NCBI RefSeq assembly: GCF_006345805.1 | Contig: NW_021836571.1 | Coordinates: forward strand, 1 to 23,716 | DNA: 23,716 nucleotides | Origin: Octopus sinensis | Taxonomy: Eukaryota | Reading direction: 5' to 3' | Shown: in pieces, positions 1 to 11,111 of the stretch | Layout of the letters: each line of letters begins with the position of its first letter | Position numbering within the stretch: position 1 is the first letter of the stretch | Notes under the pieces: model-generated | The model's input: only the letters and a program-made list of their open reading frames with translations | What the model was told of the DNA's origin: nothing | The model's database searches: none | Program-made: the position numbers and the translations under genes

Positions 1-160
1 GTGGAAAGGGAGGATAAGTGTTTCACATACGCCACTCCTATACGTGCCTTTGTCGCAGCTGTTGGCCCATTTTGTGTATAAGGGAGTTTGACCCTTTTCC
101 ATTTCTATTTTGAACACAAAATACTGCATGGCAACGCGGGAACATCTCCTAGAAGCAACC

Positions 161-377
161 AAGGCGGTGAGCTGACTGAATCGTTAGCATGATGGACAAA
201 GTGCTTGGCGACATCTCGTCTCTCTTCACAGTCTGTGTTCATATTACGCCGAGGTCGACCCTGTATTTCATCTTTTCGGGGTCGATGTAATAAGAACCAG
301 TCGAACCCTGGGGTTGCTGTAATCGACTTACCCCAACCCCGAATTGCTGGCCTTGTGCCAAAATTTGAAACCAATAT
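161..377 (+). mobile_element. SINE family A copy (tRNA-like head), diverged
   Basis: Head AAGGCGGTGAGCTG, body GCCGAGGTCGAC..TTTCATCTTTTCGGGGTCGAT, tail GCTGGCCTTGTGCCAAAATTTGAAACC; aligns by eye to copies at 14634 and 20068. Confidence 0.8.
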
Positions 378-675
378 ATCATAGAAGTGGCTCCCAAAGC
401 GAACTGCGAATATTGTTTTCCTATCAGTTTTAACCGCATTTAGGTCCCTAATCCCAAACAATATAACAACCTCTATGTTTAGAAATAGCCACAGAATCTC
501 ACCTAAAACATTGCAATGTGTGGTGATTGAATCCCTTTCTCTGAAAATATATAATTCATATTCCTCATACGCTTATTCTATGAAGGGCTCAACCGGGGCT
601 GATAAAACAACAACGAGGTATACTCCTCATACATAGCGTTTTGTCCCGAGGAATATAACATATTTCAAAATGTAC

Positions 676-1054
676 GCATTGCTGTGTGGTAAGGATCATG
701 GGAAAAAACTTGTGAGTAGATTTGGTAGATAGAAACTGAAGGAAGCATGTCGTGTGTGTGTGTGTGTATATGTGTTCCTGTGTCTGTATCTGTGTGTGTC
801 TGTGTATGTGTGTATATCTATATGTGTGTGTATCCGTGTGTGTATCTGCGTTTCTTCTCCACCACTCCTCGACAACCGGCGTTGGTGTGCTTACATCTCG
901 TAATTTAACGACTCGACAAAAAATACCGTTGGAATAAGAACCGGGCTTTAAAAAATTAAATAAATAAGTACCGGGATCTATTCGATCGACTGAAAATTTC
1001 TTCCAGTCGGTGTTCCAGCTTGGCCGTAATCTCATGACTGAAAGAAATAAAAGA
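676..1054 (+). mobile_element. SINE family B copy with internal (GT)n tract, internally deleted
   Basis: GCTGTGTGGTAAG head remnant, TTGTGAGTAGATTTGGTAGA..AAACTGAAGGAAGC, (GT)n, GACAACCGGCGTTGGTGTG..CCAGCTTGGCCG; matches 9594-9957. Confidence 0.7.
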
Positions 1055-1660
1055 CAAACGATATCACTGATTCGTTCTCTCTCTTCCAAATCTATGGCGT
1101 TCTCTGGTTAGTTTTTAACATTTTTAAATATGTAAAACCACCAAAAAAAAAAAATCAATATCTCTGTCTGTGGCGCACAACCTGGAAAGATTTAGCAATA
1201 TCAAATTCCACTCCCACGAGAAATACTATTATTCAACAATTGAGAAGAGATTATAAAATAAATTATTGAAACGCTGCATACATTAGTTATAATCGGATTT
1301 ATTGTATTTCTAAATTTCAAAGCCAGGAGAACAAATGTTCTTTGAATCTTATCACTGCATAGAATTGGTATCTGTTCTACTCTTTATATCCCAGAGAGAA
1401 TCGATATCAAAGATTAGTTTATCAAATGTCAATCGGTATATTTACATAGTTTAATGGATCGTCTGAGCAGAGTGTGTTGGCAGATTCAAAAGAGCTTCGT
1501 ATAAAAATATCATTCATATATTTTCATCAGCTAGATATCAGAGTTCGAATTCAAGAAACGTAGATTTTAGGCTTCTTCTTTTATTTTTTGCGTGTCTGAA
1601 GCACTGTTTCTTACAAATGATTGTATTCGATTTCTTTTTTTTAACTTACAAAGCAAAGCG

Positions 1661-1820
1661 ACGAGAGGCCAAATATGTTACCACGCTGGACAAAACGGTT
1701 AAATATATTTCGTCCGTTTTTACGTTCAAAATCTACTGACGTCAACATTGCCTTTCATCTTTTCGGGGTCGATAAAATATGTATCATTTGATCACTGGGG
1801 TCGATATGATTGACTACCCC
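1661..1820 (+). mobile_element. SINE family A fragment, diverged
   Basis: TTGCCTTTCATCTTTTCGGGGTCGATAAAA..CACTGGGGTCGAT matches the family A body. Confidence 0.65.
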
Positions 1821-1974
1821 TACTATGGAAACAACTCTATAGTAAAGACCACGATATATTTTTGGGTCGCTGAAACACCAGAATCTGCGGTTTTCGTCCC
1901 TTTATAGATGAATTGTCTTAACAAAAAAATTTTTTTTTGAGGCGAAACAAAATCGCTCAGAATTTAACTGCGTA

Positions 1975-1975
1975 A

Positions 1976-2017
<42 letters not shown>

Positions 2018-2084
2018 TGTGTGTGTGTGTGTGTGTGTTGTGTGTGTGTGTATGTGTGTACTTACATACATACATATATAACAT

Positions 2085-2134
<50 letters not shown>
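1975..2134. repeat. Compound microsatellite (TA)n(TG)n..(CA)n(TA)n
   Basis: Read directly. Confidence 0.9.
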
Positions 2135-2137
<3 letters not shown>

Positions 2138-2260
2138 ACGGGTTTTATACAGAGTTTCTGTCTGCATAATCCATTCAGAAGGCATTGATCGGCCCGGAGT
2201 TTATAGTAGAAGATACCAGCACAAGGTACCGCCTAGTGGAATTGAACCCGAAATTTACTT
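2135..2260 (-). mobile_element. SINE family B 5' fragment, diverged
   Basis: GATCGGCCCGGAGTTTATAGTAGAAGATAC..CAAGGTACC..AGTGGAATTGAACCCG resembles 18480-18600. Confidence 0.55.
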
Positions 2261-2323
2261 GTTACAAATTATGCTTATCAACCCCATATCCATTTGTATC
2301 CCTTTGATATTACATTTTCTCTT

Positions 2324-2521
2324 AAGATGCCGAGCTGGAAGAATTGCGACGGACAAAATGCTTATCAGCATTCCGTCCGTCATTAGCCTCTGAGTTCAAA
2401 CTCCACCGAGGTCGACTTTGCCTTCCATCATTTAAGGTTGGGAGATCGATAAAACATGTACCAATTGAGCACTGGGATTGATATAATCATCGCTGGCCTT
2501 GTGCTAAAGTTTGAAACTAAT
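2324..2521 (+). mobile_element. SINE family A copy, diverged
   Basis: CTGAGTTCAAACTCCACCGAGGTCGACTTTGCCTTCCATC and tail GCTGGCCTTGTGCTAAAGTTTGAAAC. Confidence 0.75.
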
Positions 2522-2685
2522 CTTACTTCTTCTCTCTCTTTCTCTTTGTAATTTTAATAATTCGAGTGATAATTGTACATATTCAGGCACGATACGTGTT
2601 GGATAAAACAAAACAATTCCGGTTTGCTGTCTTGCTTGGCAGACTGTGCCTATGGATAAGATAAATAGTGTAAGGGTAACTTCCT

Positions 2686-2860
2686 TCTCTCTTACCCTAT
2701 CTCTATATATCTATATCTCTCTACATATCTATATATCTATATCTCTCTATATATCTATATATCTATATATCTATATATCTATATATCTATATATCTCTAT
2801 ATATCACTATCTATATATATCTATATCTAATATATCTATATCTAATATATCTAATAATAC
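2686..2860. repeat. Degenerate (ATATCT)n-type simple repeat
   Basis: Read directly. Confidence 0.85.
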
Positions 2861-2963
2861 CATATACGCCTATAAAGATTTACAAACATACTTCCCCAAT
2901 GAAACTCGGTTTTTTCTCAAACCTTTTATAATGTGATACAAGTCTTTGGTGTAGCAATTGTAC

Positions 2964-3056
2964 GCGGCTGAAGAAGGCTTTTGATCTATCTGTTATATCG
3001 ATTATGCATTGATGTATTAATAACTTGTTCTATAAAGCCCGAAACATATGTACCAC
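2964..3056 (+). ncRNA. Type I hammerhead ribozyme-like motif (Penelope-associated type) with long stem II
   Basis: CTGAAGA (2968-2974), stem II GGCTTT 2976-2981 / AAAGCC 3034-3039, GAAA 3041-3044, palindromic stem III ACATATGT, GTA cleavage triplet (after 3052); stem I GCGG/CCAC has only 3 of 4 pairs. Confidence 0.65.
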
Positions 3057-3804
3057 AACAACCTTTGCGTCCTGTTTTTCATTTATTTCATTTGATACAT
3101 ATATATCTATATATCTATATCTATAGTGTGTAGTCCTCTGACGTTAGCCTAAAAGTTGCTAGTCCAGAAAGACTTGGGATAAAAATGTAAAATGCAAAAC
3201 TGACCAAAGCGAAAATATTTGCATCCTGTCTTCGAATTCCTACAGTTTCTAATCAAATATCTTAACCACGAAGACAAGGAATAGCTTAGTAAACAAATTA
3301 AAATTTATTATTGATTAGTCGCGAATATTATTATTGAATAACGCCAATGGCAATGTTATCGCGAAGTTTTTTCTTTTTCTTTCGTTCTGAAATATTTAAT
3401 CCTACTTTCGCCAAATGTTTCCTGTAATGTCTTCTGCAAATTCTACCACTTTTTCTTTCTTTCTTTGAATAGATCTGATGCAAGAATGATTTGTTGCTTT
3501 TAACATTTCCTGAAAGCTATTTTGTCTTGAATGATTTTTAAAAGGTCAAGATCTGTAGAATCTCAAAGAACATCACTACGATTCGGCCACCGCTAAAAAG
3601 AAAAGAAAAGCGGAAGAAAAGCAAAAAAATTCAAAGAAAAAATTTATATCAAAGTCAACAATAATTCCACTCAGTCTTGGAGAAAATATGTTTTGGTCAT
3701 TTTGATAATGAAACAAAATGAACGCCATCATTACATGAGTTGTTTGACGCTTAATGTCCATCTGCGTAGATTATGTTTGCGTTTATGAAGTGGTGTGTTT
3801 ATGC

Positions 3805-4205
3805 GTTGATGATGATGATAAGGAGGACGAGAAGGAGGAGAAGGAGGAGGAGGAGGAGGAGGAGGATTGCAGTGACATTGTTTATGAGGCGGTGGTGGGG
3901 ACGGGAAAAAGAACGCGGCCACGGCGATGTAATGATGATTATGATAGTGACGAAAACGAAGGCAAGAACGGACATGGCGTTGATGATGATGATGATGAGG
4001 AGGAGGAGAAGGAGGGGAGATAGAGGGAGATTATCATGATGATGATGGCTACATTGATGATGATGACTACATTGATGATGATGATGATGATGATGCCATT
4101 GATGATGGTGGTGGTGGTGGTGGTGGTGGTAGTGAAGATTATGATGATGACGATTATGATGATGATGATAATGATGACGATGATAATGATGATGATGACG
4201 ATGAC

Positions 4206-4243
<38 letters not shown>

Positions 4244-4245
4244 AT
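3805..4245. repeat. Compound trinucleotide repeat (GAT/GAG/GTG/GAC)n
   Basis: Read directly; source of the poly-M/D/E/R/P ORFs. Confidence 0.9.
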
Positions 4246-4549
4246 ATATACATATATAAATCCAGAAATGCAGGAGCGGAGTAGATTAAAATCTGGTCTG
4301 CATATGTTTCATACCGAGTGGAATCTCCCTCTAACTTTCACTCGATTCCCCTATTTGTCTATGTCTTTCCCTTTTCCGTTCTGAGAACGTCTACCATTTG
4401 CAACGAGGTAAATACCTATTTAGCCCAACTATGGTGCACAGAAACAGCTGTAAACTCACTCAAATCCTCACCTGGCTTAATTAAATAAATAATGGCTTTT
4501 TAGCACGACAGATCCACTTCTATTTGTTTTTCCCCCATTTTCTTATCGT

Positions 4550-4898
4550 CTCTATATATACATATATGGTATATTTGTATATATATATATATATATTATA
4601 TATATATATATATATTATAATATATAATATTAGGGAGTAAATCCAAACTTACAGGGAAAAATTAGGTTTAGGATTAAATCTAATTTTATAGTAAATATAT
4701 ATATATTTAAATATATTAAATTAGTGATAAAACCACTATTAGGCAAATCAAACAGTGAAAATCATAAACCAATTAATAGAAATAAAAGTAATTAATAAAA
4801 AATATATAAAATATAAAATTCAAAATTTTAAATATGTTAAATTGAAGTTAAAATTATTTAAATTAATAATTTATACTTATAATTTTTTAATATATATA

Positions 4899-4943
<45 letters not shown>

Positions 4944-5046
4944 TATACATATATATATAACTATCAAAAAGTATTAAAAGTTTATATAAGATAAGAGTAA
5001 TATATATAGATTTATGTATATATATAATATATATATCTTGTGTATT

Positions 5047-5100
<54 letters not shown>

Positions 5101-5110
5101 TGCGTATATA
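4550..5110. repeat. Extremely AT-rich low-complexity region with (TA)n and (TAT)n
   Basis: Read directly; the 4630-4760 core may be a dispersed-repeat fragment (not verifiable here). Confidence 0.75.
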
Positions 5111-5469
5111 AATATATGGTGCTTCTGTGGCCTAGACTGTCCATATATTAATTTATTTTGTCTTGTCTATTCAATTATGCAACTATATCGTTGTATCTAT
5201 ATCTGTAATATATGATTGTGTACATATAAGATACAACCGCGCGCACGTCTGTCCCCGTGTGTTCATTTATCTACGTTTTAGCGGATCAACAATATTTACA
5301 CTTCTCCAATATATTGAGAAAATGTCCACTTGTTCATAAACGTATATCTAGATTCAAGACAATTACATATTCAGACACAAGTGTGTCTGTATTTGTACGC
5401 ATATGTATATGTGTGTGTGTATGCTTGTGTGTATACCCTCATGTACATACACATATATACAGGTTTGTA

Positions 5470-5503
<34 letters not shown>

Positions 5504-5647
5504 GGAGTAAGCACATAAATGTGAAAAAAGTTGGAAGAAAAGAGTACTCAAATACCAGAGGAAGAGGAATGTGCTTTATTTAAAAGCGGATTTTGTTATA
5601 TTTCTGCTGCTTTTGAATAAAGTGTATATTCATATATATAGGTAGCC

Positions 5648-6055
<408 letters not shown>

Positions 6056-7034
6056 TCACAGGTGGATAGATGGATTGGTTCCCATTTCAACAACATATAT
6101 GGAGTAACGAAAGAATACTGTAAATAGGATACTTGTATCCTTTTTTATAAAGAATTCTATATAAATATATATTCACACCTACGTATATTAAATAGCTGTA
6201 TAAAATGTATATGTATACCGACACACACATTGTGCAACGGTAAATTCGTCACGTGATTAATAGCAAAACAACAATACATTAAGGGACATTATCGATGGTA
6301 AAGTAACTATTCCAAGCGAATTACGTAACACAATTCAGCTTATAATAACGCCTCTATTCAATTTATTTCCACACTGCAGACCTATGAAAGAATATTATTT
6401 CTCCATGGCATAATATATTTCTCTCATAACAACCATGAAATAATATTTTATGAGATATTCGGCTTGTTATCATTATTTGCTTGGAAAAAGCAGGAAAAAA
6501 ATTGCTTCAAAATGGAGTAGCAGAAACTATTAATATGGTGATCTTATTGCCTGTATCGTTGATTTCGTTGCGTTTCTGTTTATTTTTTTAATCTCAGTGC
6601 TGCTTGGGATTGTGGAGTCCTATTTATGTTTAATATTCCATCCATGGCTATCTCCTCATAGTTTCAAACATAAAGTCACTAGGACTACATTATATTCCGA
6701 TGGAAACGTTGGTTTATGTTGTTTGTTTTTTGTTTCTTTTTTATTATGTATTTATTGTTGCGAATGGTAGTTTGGGGTGTCATGGCGATTTCGACGTAAA
6801 ATCTGGCAGATGCCGATAGGAAGATAATATTTCCCTAACTGAATCGATGCCTTTGTTGTAGCTGCTGTTATTTTTTATATTAATCTTGCAGATGTTCTTG
6901 CTGCTGCTGCTACTGCTGCTGCTGCTGCTTTTGTTGTCGTTGTTGTTGTTGAACCACCTGTCAGAGCTGTTCTGGCATACCTGTTACCAAATAAACACGC
7001 TCACACATACACACACATATTTATTTAGGTAGGT

Positions 7035-7166
7035 CAGTCGATAGATAGATAGATAGAGAGAGAGAGAAAGACTGAGAGAGAGAGACAGACAGACAGATAG
7101 AGAGACAATCAGACAGACGGACAGATAGAGAGAGAGAGAGAGAGGCAGACAGACAGACAGACATGT

Positions 7167-7211
<45 letters not shown>

Positions 7212-7250
7212 TAGATATATATAGATAGATAGATAGATAGATAGAAATAG

Positions 7251-7293
<43 letters not shown>

Positions 7294-7295
7294 GT
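7035..7295. repeat. Compound (GATA)/(GA)/(GACA)/(TA) microsatellite
   Basis: Read directly. Confidence 0.9.
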
Positions 7296-7340
7296 AGTGA
7301 GTATGTGTCTGTATATGTAAGTATATAATGGGGTCACAAG

Positions 7341-7442
7341 GGCGCGCGATTAAAGCGTTGTAGTCACAATTGCCTGATCTTAGCATCGATTCCTGGGTCA
7401 GGCGGTGTTTTGTGTTCTTGAGCAAAACAATTTACTTTGCGT
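7341..7442 (+). mobile_element. Possible third SINE family (tRNA-like head plus CORE-like segment), decayed
   Basis: GGCGCGCG..TCGATTCCTGGGTCAGGCGGTGTTTTGTGTTCTTGAGCAAAACA: box-B-like TCGATTCC followed by CTTGAGCAA, reminiscent of CORE-type SINE bodies. Confidence 0.4.
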
Positions 7443-7982
7443 TTCTATGCGACATTTTCTACACAAAGTGTGGCAAACCATGCTACTAGCATCATATCAC
7501 ATCGCATCATATGTATGAATATATAAACACACGCAGTCTGGTTAGCCGGAAACTTTTGCGCATCAGAGAAAAGGCCTGGGGGTATTTAGTGATGGTTGTT
7601 TACATTCTGAATTCAAAGTCTTTCAAAGTCACCTTAGCATGTTGCCCCTCCTGGGCCATAATATAGTCCTGTAATGCTTCTAAGAGATGTGAATGAAATT
7701 ATATACAATAGGAGAAAGCGTATTCAGAAACGATGTGCGCGTGGGTGTGTATGTTCTACCCTTTTTTTTAAGTTCATGGCTTCCTGCAAGGATAGTGGCG
7801 CTTTCTAACAAAGATATCCATCTCAATTGTTAGAATGTAGATAACAAAAACAATATCAGTTGTTGAATTACAGAAATATCATAATAAATTATTAATGTGC
7901 CGCTTACAGATTTATAATGATATCTGGTTGATTTCTTCTTTTGAAACAAGAGCACCAAGAATTCTTTTCTACTCTTTCCTAC

Positions 7983-8180
7983 TCTAGGCACAAGGCCCAA
8001 CATTTTGGAGGAGGATGATAGTCGATTAGGGTGACACCAGTACGCAACTGGTACTTAATTTATCAACTCTGAAAGCTGATGACATCGATCTCAATGCTTA
8101 ACTGGTACATAGTTTATTTGACCCCGAAAGGATGAAAGACAAAATCAGTGCCCGGCGGAATCTGAACTCAAAACTCAGAA
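7983..8180 (-). mobile_element. SINE family A fragment with partial internal duplication
   Basis: GGCACAAGGCC tail, CCAGTACGCAACTGGTACTTAATTTATC, GACCCCGAAAGGATGAAAG, GGCGGAATCTGAACTCA. Confidence 0.75.
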
Positions 8181-8649
8181 TTTTACCCAGGGTGCAAACG
8201 ATTTTATCATTCCACCATCTTCAGTTACAAGATTATATTATACGACATTCAAGAGCTGTCTACACTGACCTCCAGCCTCTACCTTATTCGCCTCCAAGGC
8301 AGATCCTGTCAATATCCTTGTTTCTATGCAAGTTTATGCGCGAGCGTATGTATATAACCGGCGCCCAGTCAATCCTTCTCCATTTCAAATCTTCCTCGCG
8401 GTTGTGTTATAAATTAGTGTTTTAACAAAGTATCCAAAATGGATACATTTCCTCGCTTGATTTTAAAATATGCGGAATATTGAAAATAAGAAACGAAATG
8501 TCATCAACTAAAAGAACTATTGAAAGTATTTATACAAAAAAGAATCCTTATTTTGGTAAAATTTCATTTCTGTTTTCTGCAGTTTCGTATCTATTTTTAA
8601 TTTTGTTTTAGACATTAAAGTTATTGGAAATTTTTGCTATAAACATTTT

Positions 8650-8878
8650 TGCCGAAGGAAATTCGCCGTAAGATATTTCCTTCTAACTAGCCTCATCGTG
8701 TTTAACATTGAATAATCATTTGCATATTTAATGCTTTTATAAAAACTTTTATTATTCTTTTCTTTGTTTTAAAAAAAAATACTGATATAATGCTCTTTAT
8801 AATTGTCATACGGTGAATTTGCCTTACGGCAAATTTTGCTATACGGCGAAATTTCTTACGGTTAATTTGCCGGACACG
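8650..8878. mobile_element. Possible decayed non-autonomous DNA transposon with inverted clusters of an AAATT(T/C)GCCGTAAG-like subrepeat
   Basis: Motif forward at about 8650-8680; about four reversed copies at 8810-8878 ending GCCGGACACG. Confidence 0.4.
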
Positions 8879-9593
8879 ACACTTTATAACAATGGCAGGA
8901 GGACGTAAAATGTCAGGTATAACAACTTCCATTATTTTACACAACTATTGACGTGCTGCTTGTGAAGTTAGGCAGCCGATAACAGCATCTGCATTTAACT
9001 CGTCTTTTATCGTCTGCTTTTAGTCGCCATTTTTGTTTGGACCGCTGTACACATTTGTGCATTCTTTGATAAGATCTTTACCAAGAATAGTAAATCTTAA
9101 CTCATCGTGTTGATGGTTATAGAACAAATACCTCCATATTAATAAATAGGGAGAAACAATAATTAATATTTATATTTATATATTTAACGATTTATCAAGA
9201 ACATAAATATATCACAACTAAAAGCCTAAATTTAAGGCAAGAGAAATAAAACACAAGAAAATCTTAGCAAATATTAAAATTTCGGATTGTGAGCAACTTG
9301 TTTCAGAAATTAATTAGTTATTCCCAATTTTCTATCAGATCTCTAATACATGTGTTGATGTCCATATTTCTCCCTTGATAGTTTTTCACAATTTCTGAAA
9401 TGTTTAGATCAGTTGCGATTAATATATGCTACCAAGCGGAATTTAATCCCTTTCTATATGCGTTCATTTTTAATTGTTTTTAATTCTCCTGAAATATAGG
9501 AAATACAACCCGTCCTTTAGTTATGTTATATATAAGAGAAATCCAGCAGAGGTTCGATTTCTATGCATGACTTCAGAAATATTTGTAAACATA

Positions 9594-9957
9594 GGTGCAG
9601 GCGTGGCTGTGTGGTAAGATGCTTGCTTCCCAACCACATGGTTCCGGTTTCTGTCCCACTGCGTGCCACTATGTTCTGTCTGCTACTCTAACCTCGGGCC
9701 GACCAAAGCCTTATGATTGGATTTGGTAGACGAAAACTGAAACAAGCCCGTCCTATATATATATATATAATATATATATTATATATATTGTGTGTGTCAC
9801 TGCACATTCGCTTGACAACCGATGTTGGTGTGTTTACGTCCCCGTAACTTAGCGGTTCGGCAAAAGTCACCGATACAATAAGTCCTGGGTTGGATTTGTT
9901 CGACTAAAGCCGGTGCTCCAACATGGTTGCAGTCAAATGACTACAAGAACTAAAAGT
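9594..9957 (+). mobile_element. SINE family B, near full length
   Basis: tRNA-like head GCAGGCGTGGCTGTGTGGTAAG..GGTTCCGGTTTC, CTCGGGCCGACCAAAGCC, internal (TA)/(GT) tract, tail GCCGGTGCTCCAACATGG..CAAATGACT. Confidence 0.85.
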
Positions 9958-10130
9958 AATATATACAGATATATGTACACACATATTTAAGTTTGTTTTG
10001 TATGCGATATTATATATATGATATGATATGATATTATATATGATAAATAATAACATTACATTCAAGGATTAGTCAATACCCATTCGTAGAGTACAACTGT
10101 ATTAATTTTTACACGGAATAGACTGATAGT

Positions 10131-10164
10131 GATTTCGAAGTTTCAGCTTCGAAGCCGTCATCAG
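10131..10164 (-). ncRNA. Hammerhead-like core (minus strand), probably decayed
   Basis: Minus strand reads CTGATGA-C-GGCT-TCGA-AGCT-GAAA-CTTCGAAA-TC; stem III is a near-palindrome; no clear stem I. Confidence 0.45.
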
Positions 10165-10304
10165 ATTGTACGCTAATAGTTAGTAAGTGGACACTTCGAA
10201 GTTACCGTTAAACCTGTTATACTTAATGTATCTGCGTGTGTATGCTTGTGCGTCGCGCACGGACGCGTGTATATATATATTTGTGCGTGTATAAGTATAC
10301 AGAT

Positions 10305-10697
10305 GATGTAGACCTCCGTGTTGAGTCTGTGGCCATGTGGGACGATGAATGGAGGCATAATGTCGCCATCACTAGTGTTCACTCCAAACACCATGATGTT
10401 AACATGATGTTTGATTTTCATCACCCTCGGAACATGTCCTTAGATTGCACTGTCCTCAGATTCATACCCAAACTCTCTGAAATGTTTGTATTGGAGCTTC
10501 CGACGCGAATACCAAGCACTTTACAGCATGTCGTTTCCAAATGTCTTGCAGAATGATTTGTTTCATGGTACTATTTTTCTCATAGAGGGGACACAACTGA
10601 TGCTGCTATTGTGTGTAGTCGACAAAATCAAAAACAACCAATGCCCATACGCGAAATTGAAAACATAAAATGGTGACCATTTACCCATCGCACGCTG
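10305..10697 (-). mobile_element. Internally deleted Tc1/mariner (IS630-Tc1-mariner) transposon remnant
   Basis: Minus strand: terminus-like CAGCGTGCGATGGG at 10697; ATG at 10566 gives a frameshifted N-terminus (IWKRHAV/LGIRVGSSNTNISESLGMNLRTVQ) fused near 10440 to the catalytic-domain fragment MKIKHHVNIMVFGVNTSDGDIMPPFIVPHGHRLNTEVYI. Confidence 0.8.
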
Positions 10698-10699
10698 CG

Positions 10700-10712
10700 A
10701 GTGTGTGTATGA

Positions 10713-10764
<52 letters not shown>

Positions 10765-10845
10765 TGTGTGTGTGTGTGTGTATGTGTGTGTGTGTGTGTG
10801 TGTGTTTGTGTGTGTGTGCGTGTATGTATGTATATATATATACGA
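10700..10845. repeat. (TA)n(TG)n microsatellite
   Basis: Read directly. Confidence 0.9.
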
Positions 10846-10861
10846 CGCCATGATAGATCTT

Positions 10862-11040
10862 TAGCCACTACATATTTTTTTTCTTTTCTTGTTTCTCTCC
10901 TTGTTTTTTCTGTGTTCCTTTCTGTAGAAGAGCGTAGGCTCGAAACGTAAAAGACTTTTTCTATTCCTGAGCGTTATACTAATACATCTGTTTATTTTCT
11001 ACACCACCTGCCTTTGTCTTTTGTTGCTTTTTTTCGTATA
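10862..11040 (+). mobile_element. Probable Penelope-like element terminal repeat (pseudo-LTR)
   Basis: T-rich segment surrounding a minimal hammerhead-like motif and flanked by microsatellites; class assignment is inferred from the ribozyme motif. Confidence 0.55.
10918..10953 (+). ncRNA. Minimal type I hammerhead-like motif with non-canonical core (CUGUAGA)
   Basis: CTTT-CTGTAGA-A-GAGC-GTAG-GCTC-GAAA-CGT-A-AAAG: stem I CTTT/AAAG, stem II GAGC/GCTC, palindromic ACGT stem III, GTA triplet (after 10949). Confidence 0.6.
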
Positions 11041-11041
<1 letters not shown>

Positions 11042-11086
<45 letters not shown>

Positions 11087-11110
11087 ATATATAGATATAT
11101 ATATATATAT
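11042..11110. repeat. (CT)n(TA)n microsatellite
   Basis: Read directly. Confidence 0.9.
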
Positions 11111-11111
11111 A

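Noticed and set aside
1500-1535. Minus-strand CTGATGA with AAATAT/ATATTT stem
   Set aside because: No GAAA in register and no stem I or III.
3360-3760. Lys-rich short open frames as a decayed gene
   Set aside because: Stops in all frames, no recognisable domain and no convincing splice signals.
3731-4284. Poly-M/D/E/P ORFs as real proteins
   Set aside because: They are open in several frames on both strands because trinucleotide repeats lack stops; the same applies to the YLSI, IYIY, HTHT and CVCV ORFs elsewhere.
4290-4360. Minus-strand hammerhead relic (..TCGAGTG/CACTCGG stem, GAAACATATGC)
   Set aside because: CUGAnGA is absent and U16.1 is replaced by C, so it is too decayed to call.
9000-9560. 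Decayed MULE transposase C-terminus on the minus strand
   Set aside because: Only vague short similarities with many stops; not supportable without a profile search.
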